Shown here one piece after another: positions 18,603 through 27,222 of a stretch of DNA of 64,000 nt (the stretch's first letter is position 1; each line of letters starts with the position of its first letter). The DNA is taken from positions 34,116 through 98,115 of the IMG/VR virus record IMGVR_UViG_3300049027_000140, one strand, 5' to 3'. The stretch is from a virus. The notes below the pieces were generated by a model. It saw only the letters and a list, made by a program, of their open reading frames with translations. It ran no database searches and had not been told where the DNA came from. A program made the translations under genes and the position numbers.

Positions 18603-19009
18603 CGGAACCCCAGGATGCGCGCGAGGTCCTCGACGCGCCGCTGTCCCGCCTCGACGGTGGCGCGGAGCTCCTCCGCCGTCTGCGGCAGCGGCTCCCCGCG
18701 CGCGGCGATGTTGTAGACGGTCTGCACGTAGGCATCGACGCGGTCCGTTGCCGCGGCGACTGGGGACCGCGCCGCCTCCTCGATGCCGACACGCTCGGCG
18801 AGTTCGACGGCCCGCTGCGCCTCACCGCGGTCGCCGACGATGAGCGCGAGCCTGGCGATGGTCTCCTCGCGGGCCTGTGCGCGCTGTGCCGAGGCGGCCA
18901 GGATGGGGTGCGTGGCGAGGGAGGGGAGGAGGGGCGTGAGCTTGAGCTTCGGCCGTTTCCCGGTCGCGGCGAGGCGCAGTGCGTGGAGCTTGGAGGGAGG
19001 CGCCCTCAT
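18599..19009 (-). CDS. Hypothetical protein
   Basis: ATGA coupling at both ends. Confidence 0.5.
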   Translation of the reverse strand: MRAPPSKLHALRLAATGKRPKLKLTPLLPSLATHPILAASAQRAQAREETIARLALIVGDRGEAQRAVELAERVGIEEAARSPVAAATDRVDAYVQTVYNIAARGEPLPQTAEELRATVEAGQRRVEDLARILGFR

Positions 19010-19317
19010 CGGAGCGCCTCGATCCTCGCAGCAAGGTCGATGACGCGGCCGTAGAGCTCGTGGACGCGGCGCGCGTCGGAGGGCGAGAGCCCCACCGCCT
19101 CCACATTGACCCGCGCCGACATCGACGCCGTTTGCCGCAGCACGACGAGTTCGACCGCTGGGTGTCCACCCCGCGGGCACGGCGGGCGCCACGTCAGCAT
19201 CATCCGGTCCGCGCGGAGTCCTTCCTCCCGCACGTCGCCGGCCGTCATGCCGGCGTGCTCCAGCCCGAACTCGATCACGAGCTCGGCGGCGCGCTGGATG
19301 AGGGCGACGGAGGTCAT
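19006..19317 (-). CDS. Hypothetical protein
   Basis: ATGA coupling. Confidence 0.5.
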   Translation of the reverse strand: MTSVALIQRAAELVIEFGLEHAGMTAGDVREEGLRADRMMLTWRPPCPRGGHPAVELVVLRQTASMSARVNVEAVGLSPSDARRVHELYGRVIDLAARIEALR

Positions 19318-19496
19318 TGCGGGCCGTCCTTCGGACGCTTGAACAGGTACACGTCGGGTGCGTCGCCGGACGTGATGACCTGCACGAGTTCCCAGCCAAC
19401 GCCACCGAGTTCGTCCAGACCCGTGTCCAGCTTCCAGTCAGCGGTCTCCTGCATGATCTCCACTTCGGTCGCCCTGAGATATTCCCACTTGGTCAT
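19314..19496 (-). CDS. DUF4177-family small protein
   Basis: KWEY..LDELG..GWELVQV..YLFKRP; GAGGAGG RBS. Confidence 0.8.
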   Translation of the reverse strand: MTKWEYLRATEVEIMQETADWKLDTGLDELGGVGWELVQVITSGDAPDVYLFKRPKDGPQ

Positions 19497-19897
19497 CACG
19501 CCTCCTCCTCGTCCTTCGGTTCCGGCTCCTCGTCCCTGAACTCCTGCACGAGTCCAGGGCTCACGTACGCCCGGATGACCCGCCACGCCCACGCCAGCCG
19601 CCGCGCAGCAGCCATGTGGAGGCGGAAGTGCCGCGAGGCGAGTCTGTGCGAGCGCTCCGCCTTCTCCTCGGCCGCCCGCGACCGCGCCTCTGCTGCGGCC
19701 TCCCGAGCCTTCAGCGCCACGATCTCGGCCTGCGCGTTCATGAGTTCAGCTTGAAGACGCGCTCGCTCGTCGCTCCAGTTGAGCGGCTCCGCACCATTGA
19801 TCCGCGGCGAGGTCGTGGAGTAGCCGCGCTGGGCAAGGTCTGCGGCCACCCCGCGCGCGACCGAGACGCTGCCTCTTCTGTATGCCGCTGCACCCAT
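19496..19897 (-). CDS. Hypothetical coiled-coil protein
   Basis: GGAGG RBS; coupled to DUF4177 gene. Confidence 0.55.
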   Translation of the reverse strand: MGAAAYRRGSVSVARGVAADLAQRGYSTTSPRINGAEPLNWSDERARLQAELMNAQAEIVALKAREAAAEARSRAAEEKAERSHRLASRHFRLHMAAARRLAWAWRVIRAYVSPGLVQEFRDEEPEPKDEEEA

Positions 19898-20128
19898 GTT
19901 ACGCCTCCTCGAACCCCTGCATGATGGCGAACAGCCTCTCCGCCTCCGCTGTCACCGCCTGCGCCAGATCGGCCGGCGTCGTCGGATTCACCAGCTTTAG
20001 CGCCGCTCGGATGTGCCGCACCGCGCGGTCCAGCAGCTCCGCGGCGGCGACTGGGTCCTTGATGGCGCCCGCGATGCAGCGGCGCGCGGAGATGAGGTGT
20101 TGCACGGAGATGGCCTTTCGTCGAGTGA

Positions 20129-20647
20129 TTAAGCAGCTCGGACACGCACGCTGACCGACTCCGCGCCCGCGTCCCACGCCTCGCGCTTCAGCTGCTCGCA
20201 CAGCTCCTCGGCGCCCTGCCGGTCAGCGGGCACCTTGCGGCAGTAGGCCAAGCGGCGCACGCCGTCACTGCCCGAGCTGTCGAGGATCACCTGGTCGGCC
20301 GGGTAGAAGCCCGGCGCGCCGTGGACCTCGACCTCGAAGGCGTACTCCGTGCCGTCCGCCACGCCGCGCATCTCGGCCGCCTGCTCCTGGGTCAGCACCT
20401 CGGAGAACGCCCGCTTGATGGCGCGGCGGCTGCCCTCCGGCGCGGCCGCGCAGAGGACACCGAGCTTGCGAGGGTACGAGCCCGGGATCGAGCGGAGCCA
20501 GCGCGCGTGGACCGCGTGGCGGCGGAGCTCAGTGCCGAGCAGCCGCATCGCCGGAGCCGCGAGTAGGTAGGAGAGCTCGACCCGGAGGAGGGCGAGAGCC
20601 TGAGCCGGGGTGCCGATCCAGTCCTGGGCAGCGGGGCGACGGGGCAT
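20129..20647 (-). CDS. Hypothetical protein, first gene of leftward operon (probably leaderless)
   Basis: ATG 6 nt after the -10 box. Confidence 0.6.
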   Translation of the reverse strand: MPRRPAAQDWIGTPAQALALLRVELSYLLAAPAMRLLGTELRRHAVHARWLRSIPGSYPRKLGVLCAAAPEGSRRAIKRAFSEVLTQEQAAEMRGVADGTEYAFEVEVHGAPGFYPADQVILDSSGSDGVRRLAYCRKVPADRQGAEELCEQLKREAWDAGAESVSVRVRAA

Positions 20648-20653
20648 GTCTTA

Positions 20654-20681
20654 TTAGTAGCGCTTCGCTCTGTTAAGTCAA
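20654..20681 (-). promoter_or_regulatory. Leftward promoter TTGACT-16-TACTAA (leaderless)
   Basis: Reverse complement reads CCGTTGACTTAACAGAGCGAAGCGCTACTAATAAGACATG. Confidence 0.7.
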
Positions 20682-20716
20682 CGGCAGCTCGGTGGGAATC
20701 GGCCGACTCCACGCCG

Positions 20717-20744
20717 TTGACATCCTAGCGCCCGTCGCTACCAT
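20717..20744 (+). promoter_or_regulatory. Rightward promoter TTGACA-16-TACCAT with TAGCG-N5-CGCTA inverted repeat
   Basis: CCGTTGACATCCTAGCGCCCGTCGCTACCAT. Confidence 0.75.
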
Positions 20745-20780
20745 TGGCACGCGAGGTGCTATGAGGGAGCGAGGACGAGG

Positions 20781-21128
20781 ATGGTGAAGGGCGTGATGGG
20801 TCGGCCGCGTGGAGCTCCGCTGCCGGCGAGCGAACTGGCCGACGTAGGCGAAGGCATGGTGCGCGTGTTCCTGCGGGTGCCGCCGCCGCTCGCGGAAGGG
20901 ATGGGCAAACCGAGGCAGCGGCCGGTCCACCTGGCGATCGCGGTCGAGCGGCTGCTGCTGACCGAGCCGCGGCCGCGCATCCCCGAGGTGATGGCCGAGG
21001 GGCCCGGTGCGCAGTGGACGGTCCTGCGCTGGCAGGCCGAGCGAATGGAGGAGCGCTTCGGGCTCGCAGATCGCGACCGCGCCTTCCTCCTGGCGATCGA
21101 GCGGTACATCTCAGAGATAGACCAGTAG
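20781..21128 (+). CDS. Putative ribbon-helix-helix regulator
   Basis: GRPRG then MVRVFLRVP beta-ribbon pattern; lies between two operator-bearing promoters. Confidence 0.5.
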   Translation: MVKGVMGRPRGAPLPASELADVGEGMVRVFLRVPPPLAEGMGKPRQRPVHLAIAVERLLLTEPRPRIPEVMAEGPGAQWTVLRWQAERMEERFGLADRDRAFLLAIERYISEIDQ

Positions 21129-21174
21129 AGACGCTGCGTTAGGCGGCCCCCCGCAAGAACCGAATCACGGCCCG

Positions 21175-21202
21175 TTGACATCGTAGCGCCATGCGCTACT
21201 AT
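21175..21202 (+). promoter_or_regulatory. Rightward promoter TTGACA-16-TACTAT with the same inverted repeat (leaderless)
   Basis: CCGTTGACATCGTAGCGCCATGCGCTACTATGTCGACATG. Confidence 0.78.
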
Positions 21203-21208
21203 GTCGAC

Positions 21209-21790
21209 ATGAGCAACGGTGCTGCGGCGGTCTTCGGTGAGGTGGCGGCGAACGACGTGTGTGCGACGGTCTCCGAAGACCGCGCTCGCCGGCTGGAGCC
21301 TGAGTACGCGCGGCTCCGCGAGGTGGCGAAGGGGCACTGGACGGGCGCCAAATACGACAAGGAGCGGCCGTTCACGGAGACGGCGAAGCTCATCCGCAAA
21401 GAGCTCGCCGCGGCGTCGAAGGCTGACGGCGTGCTCCGCGGCGTGAAGTGCACCGTGAAGTCCGGGTGGTCGACGTACAAGCGGTCGCTCGACATCAAGA
21501 TCGTCGAGGTCGCCACCGGGGACAAGATGCCGATCATGAACCCGGCCCGTGTCGAGCGCGAGATGCGGAACCCGCACGCCGCCGTGCTCGGCTGCTGGCT
21601 CTCGAAGCGCGGGAAGGAGATCGAGAAGGCTGTCGAGACGATCGCGCGTCAGTACAGCTACGACAAGAGCGACTCGATGTCGGATTACCATGACACCGCG
21701 TTCCACATCTCGGTGACGTTCGCGAGTGATGTGCAAGCGTCGCACCGCGCCGAGGTCGAGGCCGCCGTGCGGATGGCCGGCCGGGTCTGA
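21209..21790 (+). CDS. LPD29-like (large polyvalent protein-associated) domain protein
   Basis: ETAKLIRKEL..GVKCTVKS..SLDI..IARQYSYDKSDSMSDYHDT.F. Confidence 0.75.
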   Translation: MSNGAAAVFGEVAANDVCATVSEDRARRLEPEYARLREVAKGHWTGAKYDKERPFTETAKLIRKELAAASKADGVLRGVKCTVKSGWSTYKRSLDIKIVEVATGDKMPIMNPARVEREMRNPHAAVLGCWLSKRGKEIEKAVETIARQYSYDKSDSMSDYHDTAFHISVTFASDVQASHRAEVEAAVRMAGRV

Positions 21791-21820
21791 CGCGAGCCCA
21801 CCGACAACCCACCACGCCGC

Positions 21821-21850
21821 GCCTGCATCCGGTCCGCCGGTGCGGGCTTT
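21821..21850 (+). terminator. Putative intrinsic terminator
   Basis: GCCTGCATCCGG-TCCG-CCGGTGCGGGC followed by TTT. Confidence 0.5.
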
Positions 21851-21868
21851 CGGCGTCGGGAGGGGGCC

Positions 21869-22081
21869 ATGGTGGTGCAGTGGAGCTTGGAGATGCTCGA
21901 GGCGACGTGGCGGCGGCAGGGGCTCGCGGTGGAGCGCGGCGGCATGGTGCGGGCGCGCTGCCGCGGCGAGGTGGTCGAGATTCCGTGCGAGCTCGTGGGC
22001 CGGGCGGCGAGCGGGCGGACGGTGATCTGCGTGGCCGGGCGGCTGGAGCAGTTCGACCCGGAGGAGGTCGTCGATGGGTGA
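21869..22081 (+). CDS. Hypothetical protein
   Basis: GGAGG RBS. Confidence 0.5.
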   Translation: MVVQWSLEMLEATWRRQGLAVERGGMVRARCRGEVVEIPCELVGRAASGRTVICVAGRLEQFDPEEVVDG

Positions 22082-22361
22082 GCAGTACTGGGCCGAGGTG
22101 ACGGGGGAGAACGAGACGTACGTGATCGCCACCGGGGACGCCGCGCCGGTGGCCGAGATCGTGGCGCACTGGACCCGGGAGCGGGAGCGTGCGATCGACA
22201 TCTACACCGGGGAGAGCCTGCCGACGGCGCGCCGGGTCGACCAGCTCATGAGGGCGCTGGACGGCACCCTGCGGCGGACGCAGCACGGGCGGGAGCTCGT
22301 GGCGCGCGGGAGCGACGCGGGGTGGCTGGAGGCGATTCGGGCGACGGGCGCGGTAAAGTAG
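22074..22361 (+). CDS. Hypothetical protein
   Basis: GGAGG RBS; overlaps previous gene. Confidence 0.5.
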   Translation: MGEQYWAEVTGENETYVIATGDAAPVAEIVAHWTRERERAIDIYTGESLPTARRVDQLMRALDGTLRRTQHGRELVARGSDAGWLEAIRATGAVK

Positions 22362-22376
22362 GGCCCATGGAGCGCG

Positions 22377-22402
22377 AAAACCGCCGGGACGTGCCCGGCG
22401 GT
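22377..22402 (-). terminator. Intrinsic terminator ending the late (minus-strand) transcript
   Basis: ACCGCCGGG-5-CCCGGCGGT stem with TTTT on the minus strand at the convergence point. Confidence 0.7.
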
Positions 22403-22425
22403 CTCGCTCTGCGACTCGGCGGAGG

Positions 22426-22734
22426 CTAACCTCCCGGCGCGCGGCCTCCAGGTGGACCACCGCCGCCGCCTCCACCCTGCCCATCCTCACGCGGCCGCCC
22501 CTTGAATCCGGTGTCCTCGGCATGCGCAGCTCCGCGAGCATCCCGCTCGTCTCCGTGCCGGCCGAGGTCGGACTGGTAGCCGACGAGGTAGGCGCCGTTC
22601 TGCGGGCGCTGGCCGTTGCGCGCTGTCTCCCAGCGGTCCACGCCGATAACGGCGAGGCATTCCTCCGGCGTCGGCGTCCGCTCCGGGTCGGCGTCGGCCA
22701 CGCGGATCACGAGGTGCAGGGTGCGGATGGCCAT
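22426..22734 (-). CDS. Hypothetical protein
   Basis: Last ORF before terminator. Confidence 0.5.
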   Translation of the reverse strand: MAIRTLHLVIRVADADPERTPTPEECLAVIGVDRWETARNGQRPQNGAYLVGYQSDLGRHGDERDARGAAHAEDTGFKGRPREDGQGGGGGGGPPGGRAPGG

Positions 22735-22736
22735 GG

Positions 22737-23756
22737 CTACACCGCCCTCTCGTGGACCTTGAAGCTGCCCGGCTCCGCGGCGCGCGCGCCTGTCGTGACG
22801 ACGGTGTACTCGTACACGCCGGCGCCGCGCTCCTCGGTGATCTCGACCTGCACGTCGAACGTCCCCTCCCCGGTACGGATCACGGCATCGCCATCCCCGC
22901 TGGTGGGCGCGACCCCATAGACCAGATCGAAGCTATCCCCGAGCGGGGTGCGCACGCTGACGGTGAGCGACGACGGGTCGACGAACTCGCCGGCGCGTGT
23001 GCGGACGGTGATGCCGGGAATGACGGCGGTGTCGCCGATGTGGAGTCTGGCCATGGGCCTCGTCAGGGTGATCGTGTGGGTGGAGGCGACCGCGGGCAGC
23101 GCGAGCTCGTAGAGGGCGCCTGCGCGCGGCAGCGTGAGAAAGGCGGGCTCGTCGTCTTCGCCGGAGGTGACCAGCGAGCCGGTCGCGTCGGCGGTGAGCG
23201 CCGGGAGCGCGGCGGAGCCGGTGCCGACGAAGCGGAGCGCGCCCGTCGCCGCGGCGACCATGGCTGGCAGCGAGACGGCCGCCGTGCCGGCGAAGACCAG
23301 CGTGATGGTTCCGGCGCCCGCGGCGGCGATACCCGGGAGCGCGGCCGCTCCGGTCCCGGCGAAGCCCAGTGCGCCGGCGGCGTCGCTCTCCAGCACGCCC
23401 AGAGCGACCGCGGCGGCGCCGAGGAAGACCTGCAGGCCGTCGCCATCGGCGGCGGGCGCCGGCAGGGCAGCGGCCCCGGTACCGGAAAACCCCAGCGCCC
23501 CGTCCCCCTCGCTGGCGACCGTCGGGAGCTCCACATCGGCCGTGCCGGCGAAGGTCTGGCTCCCCTCGCCCGCGGCCCCCAGCGCAGGCAGCGCCACGGC
23601 CGCGACGCCCACGAAGACCAGCTGGCCGACGCCGGCGGCGGTCAGGGTCGGGAGCTCAGCCTCGGCCGCGCCATCGACCGGCGGCGGCGCATCGCCGAGC
23701 GGCAGGTCGAGCGGCCCCGCGCCGGGACCGCGGAGAGCGATGTCGAGCGCGGCCAT
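22737..23756 (-). CDS. Virion fibre-like protein: eight ~21-aa repeats plus C-terminal Ig/BppU-like domain
   Basis: xGxAxxxLPxxxAxGxGxxxF repeats; C-terminal IGDT..VDPSSLTVSVRTP.G beta sandwich. Confidence 0.65.
   Translation of the reverse strand: MAALDIALRGPGAGPLDLPLGDAPPPVDGAAEAELPTLTAAGVGQLVFVGVAAVALPALGAAGEGSQTFAGTADVELPTVASEGDGALGFSGTGAAALPAPAADGDGLQVFLGAAAVALGVLESDAAGALGFAGTGAAALPGIAAAGAGTITLVFAGTAAVSLPAMVAAATGALRFVGTGSAALPALTADATGSLVTSGEDDEPAFLTLPRAGALYELALPAVASTHTITLTRPMARLHIGDTAVIPGITVRTRAGEFVDPSSLTVSVRTPLGDSFDLVYGVAPTSGDGDAVIRTGEGTFDVQVEITEERGAGVYEYTVVTTGARAAEPGSFKVHERAV
23166..23675 (-). repeat. Coding tandem repeat, 8 x ~63 bp
   Basis: For example SGTGAAALPAPAADGDGLQVF and VGTGSAALPALTADATGSLVT. 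Confidence 0.75.
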
Positions 23757-23759
23757 CGC

Positions 23760-25706
23760 TCAGCTCGGGGTGAACGGCAGGGTGCGACCCGACTTCGTGC
23801 CGTACTCCGTCTGGGCGTACAGCTCCAAGGTGTCGCTGTAGAAGGTGAACGAGTATCCGCCGCCGACGGCGCTCGTGGTCTGGTAGAGGAGCTCGTCGTT
23901 GTCGGCCCGGTGGACCTTGATCACGGCGCCGGACCCGTCCCCCTCGCTGGCGAAGTCGGAGAGCGTCCCACTCTCGCTGACCGTGATCGTGTGATACGTG
24001 ATGCTCGCGACGAACGACGAGAAGCCGCCGTGGCTGTTGGTGCCGTCCAAGAATCCAGAGATGCGCCACGTGCGCGAGGTCTCCAGCTCGAGCCGGTTCG
24101 GGTCAGGGTCTACCGGGTGCCGGTAGAAGTGCGCTGAGGCGTTGCACCACGGCGTGTTCACCGAGGTCTCGTTCGACACGCAGAAGCCGTTGGTCAGCAG
24201 CGTCTCCCACCCGTCGCCGATCCCCTCTCCGCTCTGGCGCTCGGCCAGGAGCGCGAGCATCCCGCGGCCGGCCTGCAAAAAGTCGATCTTGAAGCCGAGG
24301 CAGGTGACCCAGTATTCGCTCTCTGGGATCGCCGGCTGAAACGTGTAGTCCCGGACCGTGGACGAGCCCACCGCATCCGTCCCGCCGCCCCACAGATCGA
24401 TCGTGTGGTTGTGCGCGCCGGCGCCGTCGGCTGCCAGATCCGACACGTAGTTGAGGATGAGCATCGAGGTCCAGCCGTAGCCGGCGCCGCCGCTGCCCGT
24501 GCTGGTCCGGTACCAGGCCAGCGTGATCTCGTTCTCCCCGCGCGCGAGCGTCACGCCGCTGCCCGCCGCGGCGCCGGAGTCGAACCGGTGGCACACCGTC
24601 TGCTGCCCGGCAGGGCTGTTGTACAACGTGCTCGGCGTGTAGGTCCTGTGGCTTTGCGAGCCGACAGCGATATTGAGGCCGGCGAGCGTGCTGTTGGGCA
24701 TGTTGTAGGCTGCCACCACCCCGCTCTGCTTCAGCGTGATCGTCCCCGGCTCCTCAATGGGCACCACCATCGAGACCTTGGACTGGAGCCCAGATGTGGC
24801 CCCGCCGAAGTTGCCCGGCTCGGTGGGCATCGGCATCTGGAGCGAGTTCAGAAGCTGCGTCGTCGTGTCGTGGTCGTAGGTGTAGGTGACGTAGAGCAGA
24901 GCGAACAGCTGCGGGAACTTCCCTGTCGCGGTGCCGCGCGCCTTGAAGGCGTGCGCGGTGGACGTGGCCATGTCGGTCCGCTTCCAGACGGCCTCCAGCC
25001 ACGGCGACGAGTCGAGCGCCTGCTCGCAGACGCCGAGCGTCACCTCGCTCTCCGCATCGAGCGAGACCGCGAGCGAGAAGTCCGTGGTCCCCGAGGCGTG
25101 GCCCTCGTTCGCCATCACCACGAAAAAGATGTCCCGGATGGTGATGCCCGCCTCCGGGAGGAGCCCGCCGACGCCGGTGAGCTGCGGGATCTGGTTCGTC
25201 CCGATCTCCGCGAGCGAGTCGGTCAGCGTGCTCGCCGCACTCTCCAGCGGGATGCAGACGCTCTTCGTGCGGGTGCTCGCGCTCGCGTCGTCGTAGCTGT
25301 ACGTGATGACGAGCCGCGCGCTGTGGTTGATGGTCGGAAGCGTGCCGAACTGCACCGCGACCTGGACCGAATGCGAGGTGCCGGTGAAGTTGGTCTGGAG
25401 GTAGCTCGTGACGTCGCGGCGGAACCTGAACGAGTCCTGGTCGCCGCTGGTGCCGATGGTCTCGACCTTCGACTCGTCGTTCCACGCGACGGCATCGACT
25501 CGGATCCCGATGAGCCGGCTGGTCATCGACGTGGCCGCGGTCTCGTTGCCTCGGCAGGCGACCTCCAGGTACGCCGACACGATGGTGCGGCTCGACGTCT
25601 CCGCGATGGCGACGGTGATGGCGCCGAACTCCCGGCGCGTGGCCGCGGCGAGCGCGGTGGCGTCGGTGGTCCAGCCGTAGGTGACGGTGCTGGTGCGGAT
25701 CGCCAT
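23760..25706 (-). CDS. Large Ser/Thr-rich beta protein, putative fibre tip/receptor-binding protein
   Basis: 648 aa, beta-rich; C-terminal SGTL..VIKVHRAD..ELL..TTS..GGYSF domain. Confidence 0.6.
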   Translation of the reverse strand: MAIRTSTVTYGWTTDATALAAATRREFGAITVAIAETSSRTIVSAYLEVACRGNETAATSMTSRLIGIRVDAVAWNDESKVETIGTSGDQDSFRFRRDVTSYLQTNFTGTSHSVQVAVQFGTLPTINHSARLVITYSYDDASASTRTKSVCIPLESAASTLTDSLAEIGTNQIPQLTGVGGLLPEAGITIRDIFFVVMANEGHASGTTDFSLAVSLDAESEVTLGVCEQALDSSPWLEAVWKRTDMATSTAHAFKARGTATGKFPQLFALLYVTYTYDHDTTTQLLNSLQMPMPTEPGNFGGATSGLQSKVSMVVPIEEPGTITLKQSGVVAAYNMPNSTLAGLNIAVGSQSHRTYTPSTLYNSPAGQQTVCHRFDSGAAAGSGVTLARGENEITLAWYRTSTGSGGAGYGWTSMLILNYVSDLAADGAGAHNHTIDLWGGGTDAVGSSTVRDYTFQPAIPESEYWVTCLGFKIDFLQAGRGMLALLAERQSGEGIGDGWETLLTNGFCVSNETSVNTPWCNASAHFYRHPVDPDPNRLELETSRTWRISGFLDGTNSHGGFSSFVASITYHTITVSESGTLSDFASEGDGSGAVIKVHRADNDELLYQTTSAVGGGYSFTFYSDTLELYAQTEYGTKSGRTLPFTPS

Positions 25707-25709
25707 GGG

Positions 25710-26015
25710 TCAGCGGGGCGGCTCGACGTGGCCGATGGCGCGGAAGACGATGCCGGGGAGCGCGCGCGGGACGCTCGGCACCGGCGTAGCGGCCTGCTCC
25801 GGCGGGGGCGCCAGGCGCGCTGCGAGGTCGGCGTGCTCGGGCGCGAGCTCCACGGCGACGGGCACGACGCGAAGCCAGCCCGGGCCGTGCAGCCGGTCGA
25901 GGCGCGCCTGCTCGGCAGCGAGGCGCTCGTCGGACGGCGGCGCCGAGAAGAGCGGGGCGAAGATGGTCCCGCCGCGCTGGTGACGGAGGGCGAAGAGGCC
26001 AGCCTGCGCGCTCAT
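25710..26015 (-). CDS. Hypothetical protein
   Basis: ATGA coupling. Confidence 0.5.
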   Translation of the reverse strand: MSAQAGLFALRHQRGGTIFAPLFSAPPSDERLAAEQARLDRLHGPGWLRVVPVAVELAPEHADLAARLAPPPEQAATPVPSVPRALPGIVFRAIGHVEPPR

Positions 26016-26410
26016 GAGCCGATCGGCTGCGAGACGGTGAAGGACGAGATGGATATCTCGGCGCCGACGTCCCAGAGCAGGCCGGGGAACTCGATGTCCC
26101 CACCGCCGCCCGTTGCCGTGACGGTGAGGTCGGCAACCGCGGTGCCGCCGCTCGTGACCGCGCGCGCCCACGCCACGGTCCCCTGGGTGCCGACGGTGCC
26201 GGCCACGATGGCGTTCGCAGTGGCGCTGGCGCTCGCAGCGGCCGCGAAGGCATCCGCGTTGAAGTCGAGGGTGACGAGCAACTCCTGGGTGGAAATCGCC
26301 GTCTCCGGCGTCGCGGGCCTCGATCCGTCGTAGAAGCGGAGCTCGCCGCCATCCAGCAGCGCCGTGAAGACGTTGATCATTGCGTTGCGAGAGGCGACAG
26401 ATGCACGCAT
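26012..26410 (-). CDS. Small virion structural protein (filament/fibre subunit-like)
   Basis: RNAM..LLDGG.LRFYDG.RPATP..LLVTL..AFAAA..GT.AWAR pattern common in phage virion proteins; AAAGGA RBS. Confidence 0.7.
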   Translation of the reverse strand: MRASVASRNAMINVFTALLDGGELRFYDGSRPATPETAISTQELLVTLDFNADAFAAAASASATANAIVAGTVGTQGTVAWARAVTSGGTAVADLTVTATGGGGDIEFPGLLWDVGAEISISSFTVSQPIGS

Positions 26411-26508
26411 GCGTGTCCTTTCGAGCCGGCTCGGCCGGCGTGAGGCGATGGGGGGCGCCGACGCGAGAGGGCGTCAGCGCGAGGAGGCTTGATGGTGGCG
26501 AGCGGCGC

Positions 26509-27222
26509 TCAGCCCGGGAACGAGCGGTAGACGCCCGTCATCCGGTGGGCGTACTGGTCCGGCGTTTCGGTGAACCACACGAGTTCGCCGAGCTTGAGCG
26601 CGGCGTCGTATGGGCGGCCTGCGTCGAAGAGGGGCAGCGCGTCCTCGTAGGTCTTCGACATCACGCGCCAGTAGTCCGCCGAGCCGGCCTGCGGCGTCCC
26701 GTGCGCGCGAAACAGCATGTCGCGCCACTCCCACCGATCCGGGTTCTGCTCGATGCGCTCCTGGACGCGGATGACGTACACCGAGCCCTGCCAGCGGAAG
26801 CCAGTGATGTTGCCGAAGTTGTTGCAGTAGACGTGTTGCCCGCGGCCGTTCTCGAGCGCCACGTGGGCCCAGGCGACGGCGAGGCGCGACCGTGTCGGCT
26901 GCGCACCGAAGACCGCTTCGTGGCCCCGGGCGAGAGCGTTGGCGAGGCCGACCTCGGAGAGCGGCGTATGCACCTTCTCGACACGGCGGCGCTCGGCCTG
27001 CGGCGGCGTCGCCTCGTCGGCGAGCTCGGCTCGGGTCTGCGGCCCGACGATGCCGTCGGCGTGGAGGCCGCGGGCTGCCTGGAAGGCGCGCGCGGCGGCC
27101 TCGGTCTTGCGGCCGAAGATGCCGTCGCTCGGACCAGGGTCGTGCCCGCGGGCGCGGAGGAGGTCCTGGACGGCGGCGACGTCCGCGCCGGAGGAGTCAC
27201 GGCGAAGGATGCGCGGCCTCAC
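26509..27222 (-). CDS. Endolysin 2: PG-binding domain plus GH73/FlgJ-like glucosaminidase
   Basis: DGIFGRKT..FQ..GL.ADGIVGPQT; ALENG.G..NNFGNI; FRAH..; WFT....Y. Confidence 0.82.
   Translation of the reverse strand: MRPRILRRDSSGADVAAVQDLLRARGHDPGPSDGIFGRKTEAAARAFQAARGLHADGIVGPQTRAELADEATPPQAERRRVEKVHTPLSEVGLANALARGHEAVFGAQPTRSRLAVAWAHVALENGRGQHVYCNNFGNITGFRWQGSVYVIRVQERIEQNPDRWEWRDMLFRAHGTPQAGSADYWRVMSKTYEDALPLFDAGRPYDAALKLGELVWFTETPDQYAHRMTGVYRSFPG

Noticed and set aside
21191-21208. ORF-track start at 21191 for the LPD29-like gene
   Set aside because: That ATG lies inside the promoter spacer; the ATG at 21209 fits a leaderless start.
23166-23675. CRISPR-like array
   Set aside because: The repeats are degenerate in-frame protein repeats with no constant DNA repeat and spacer structure.
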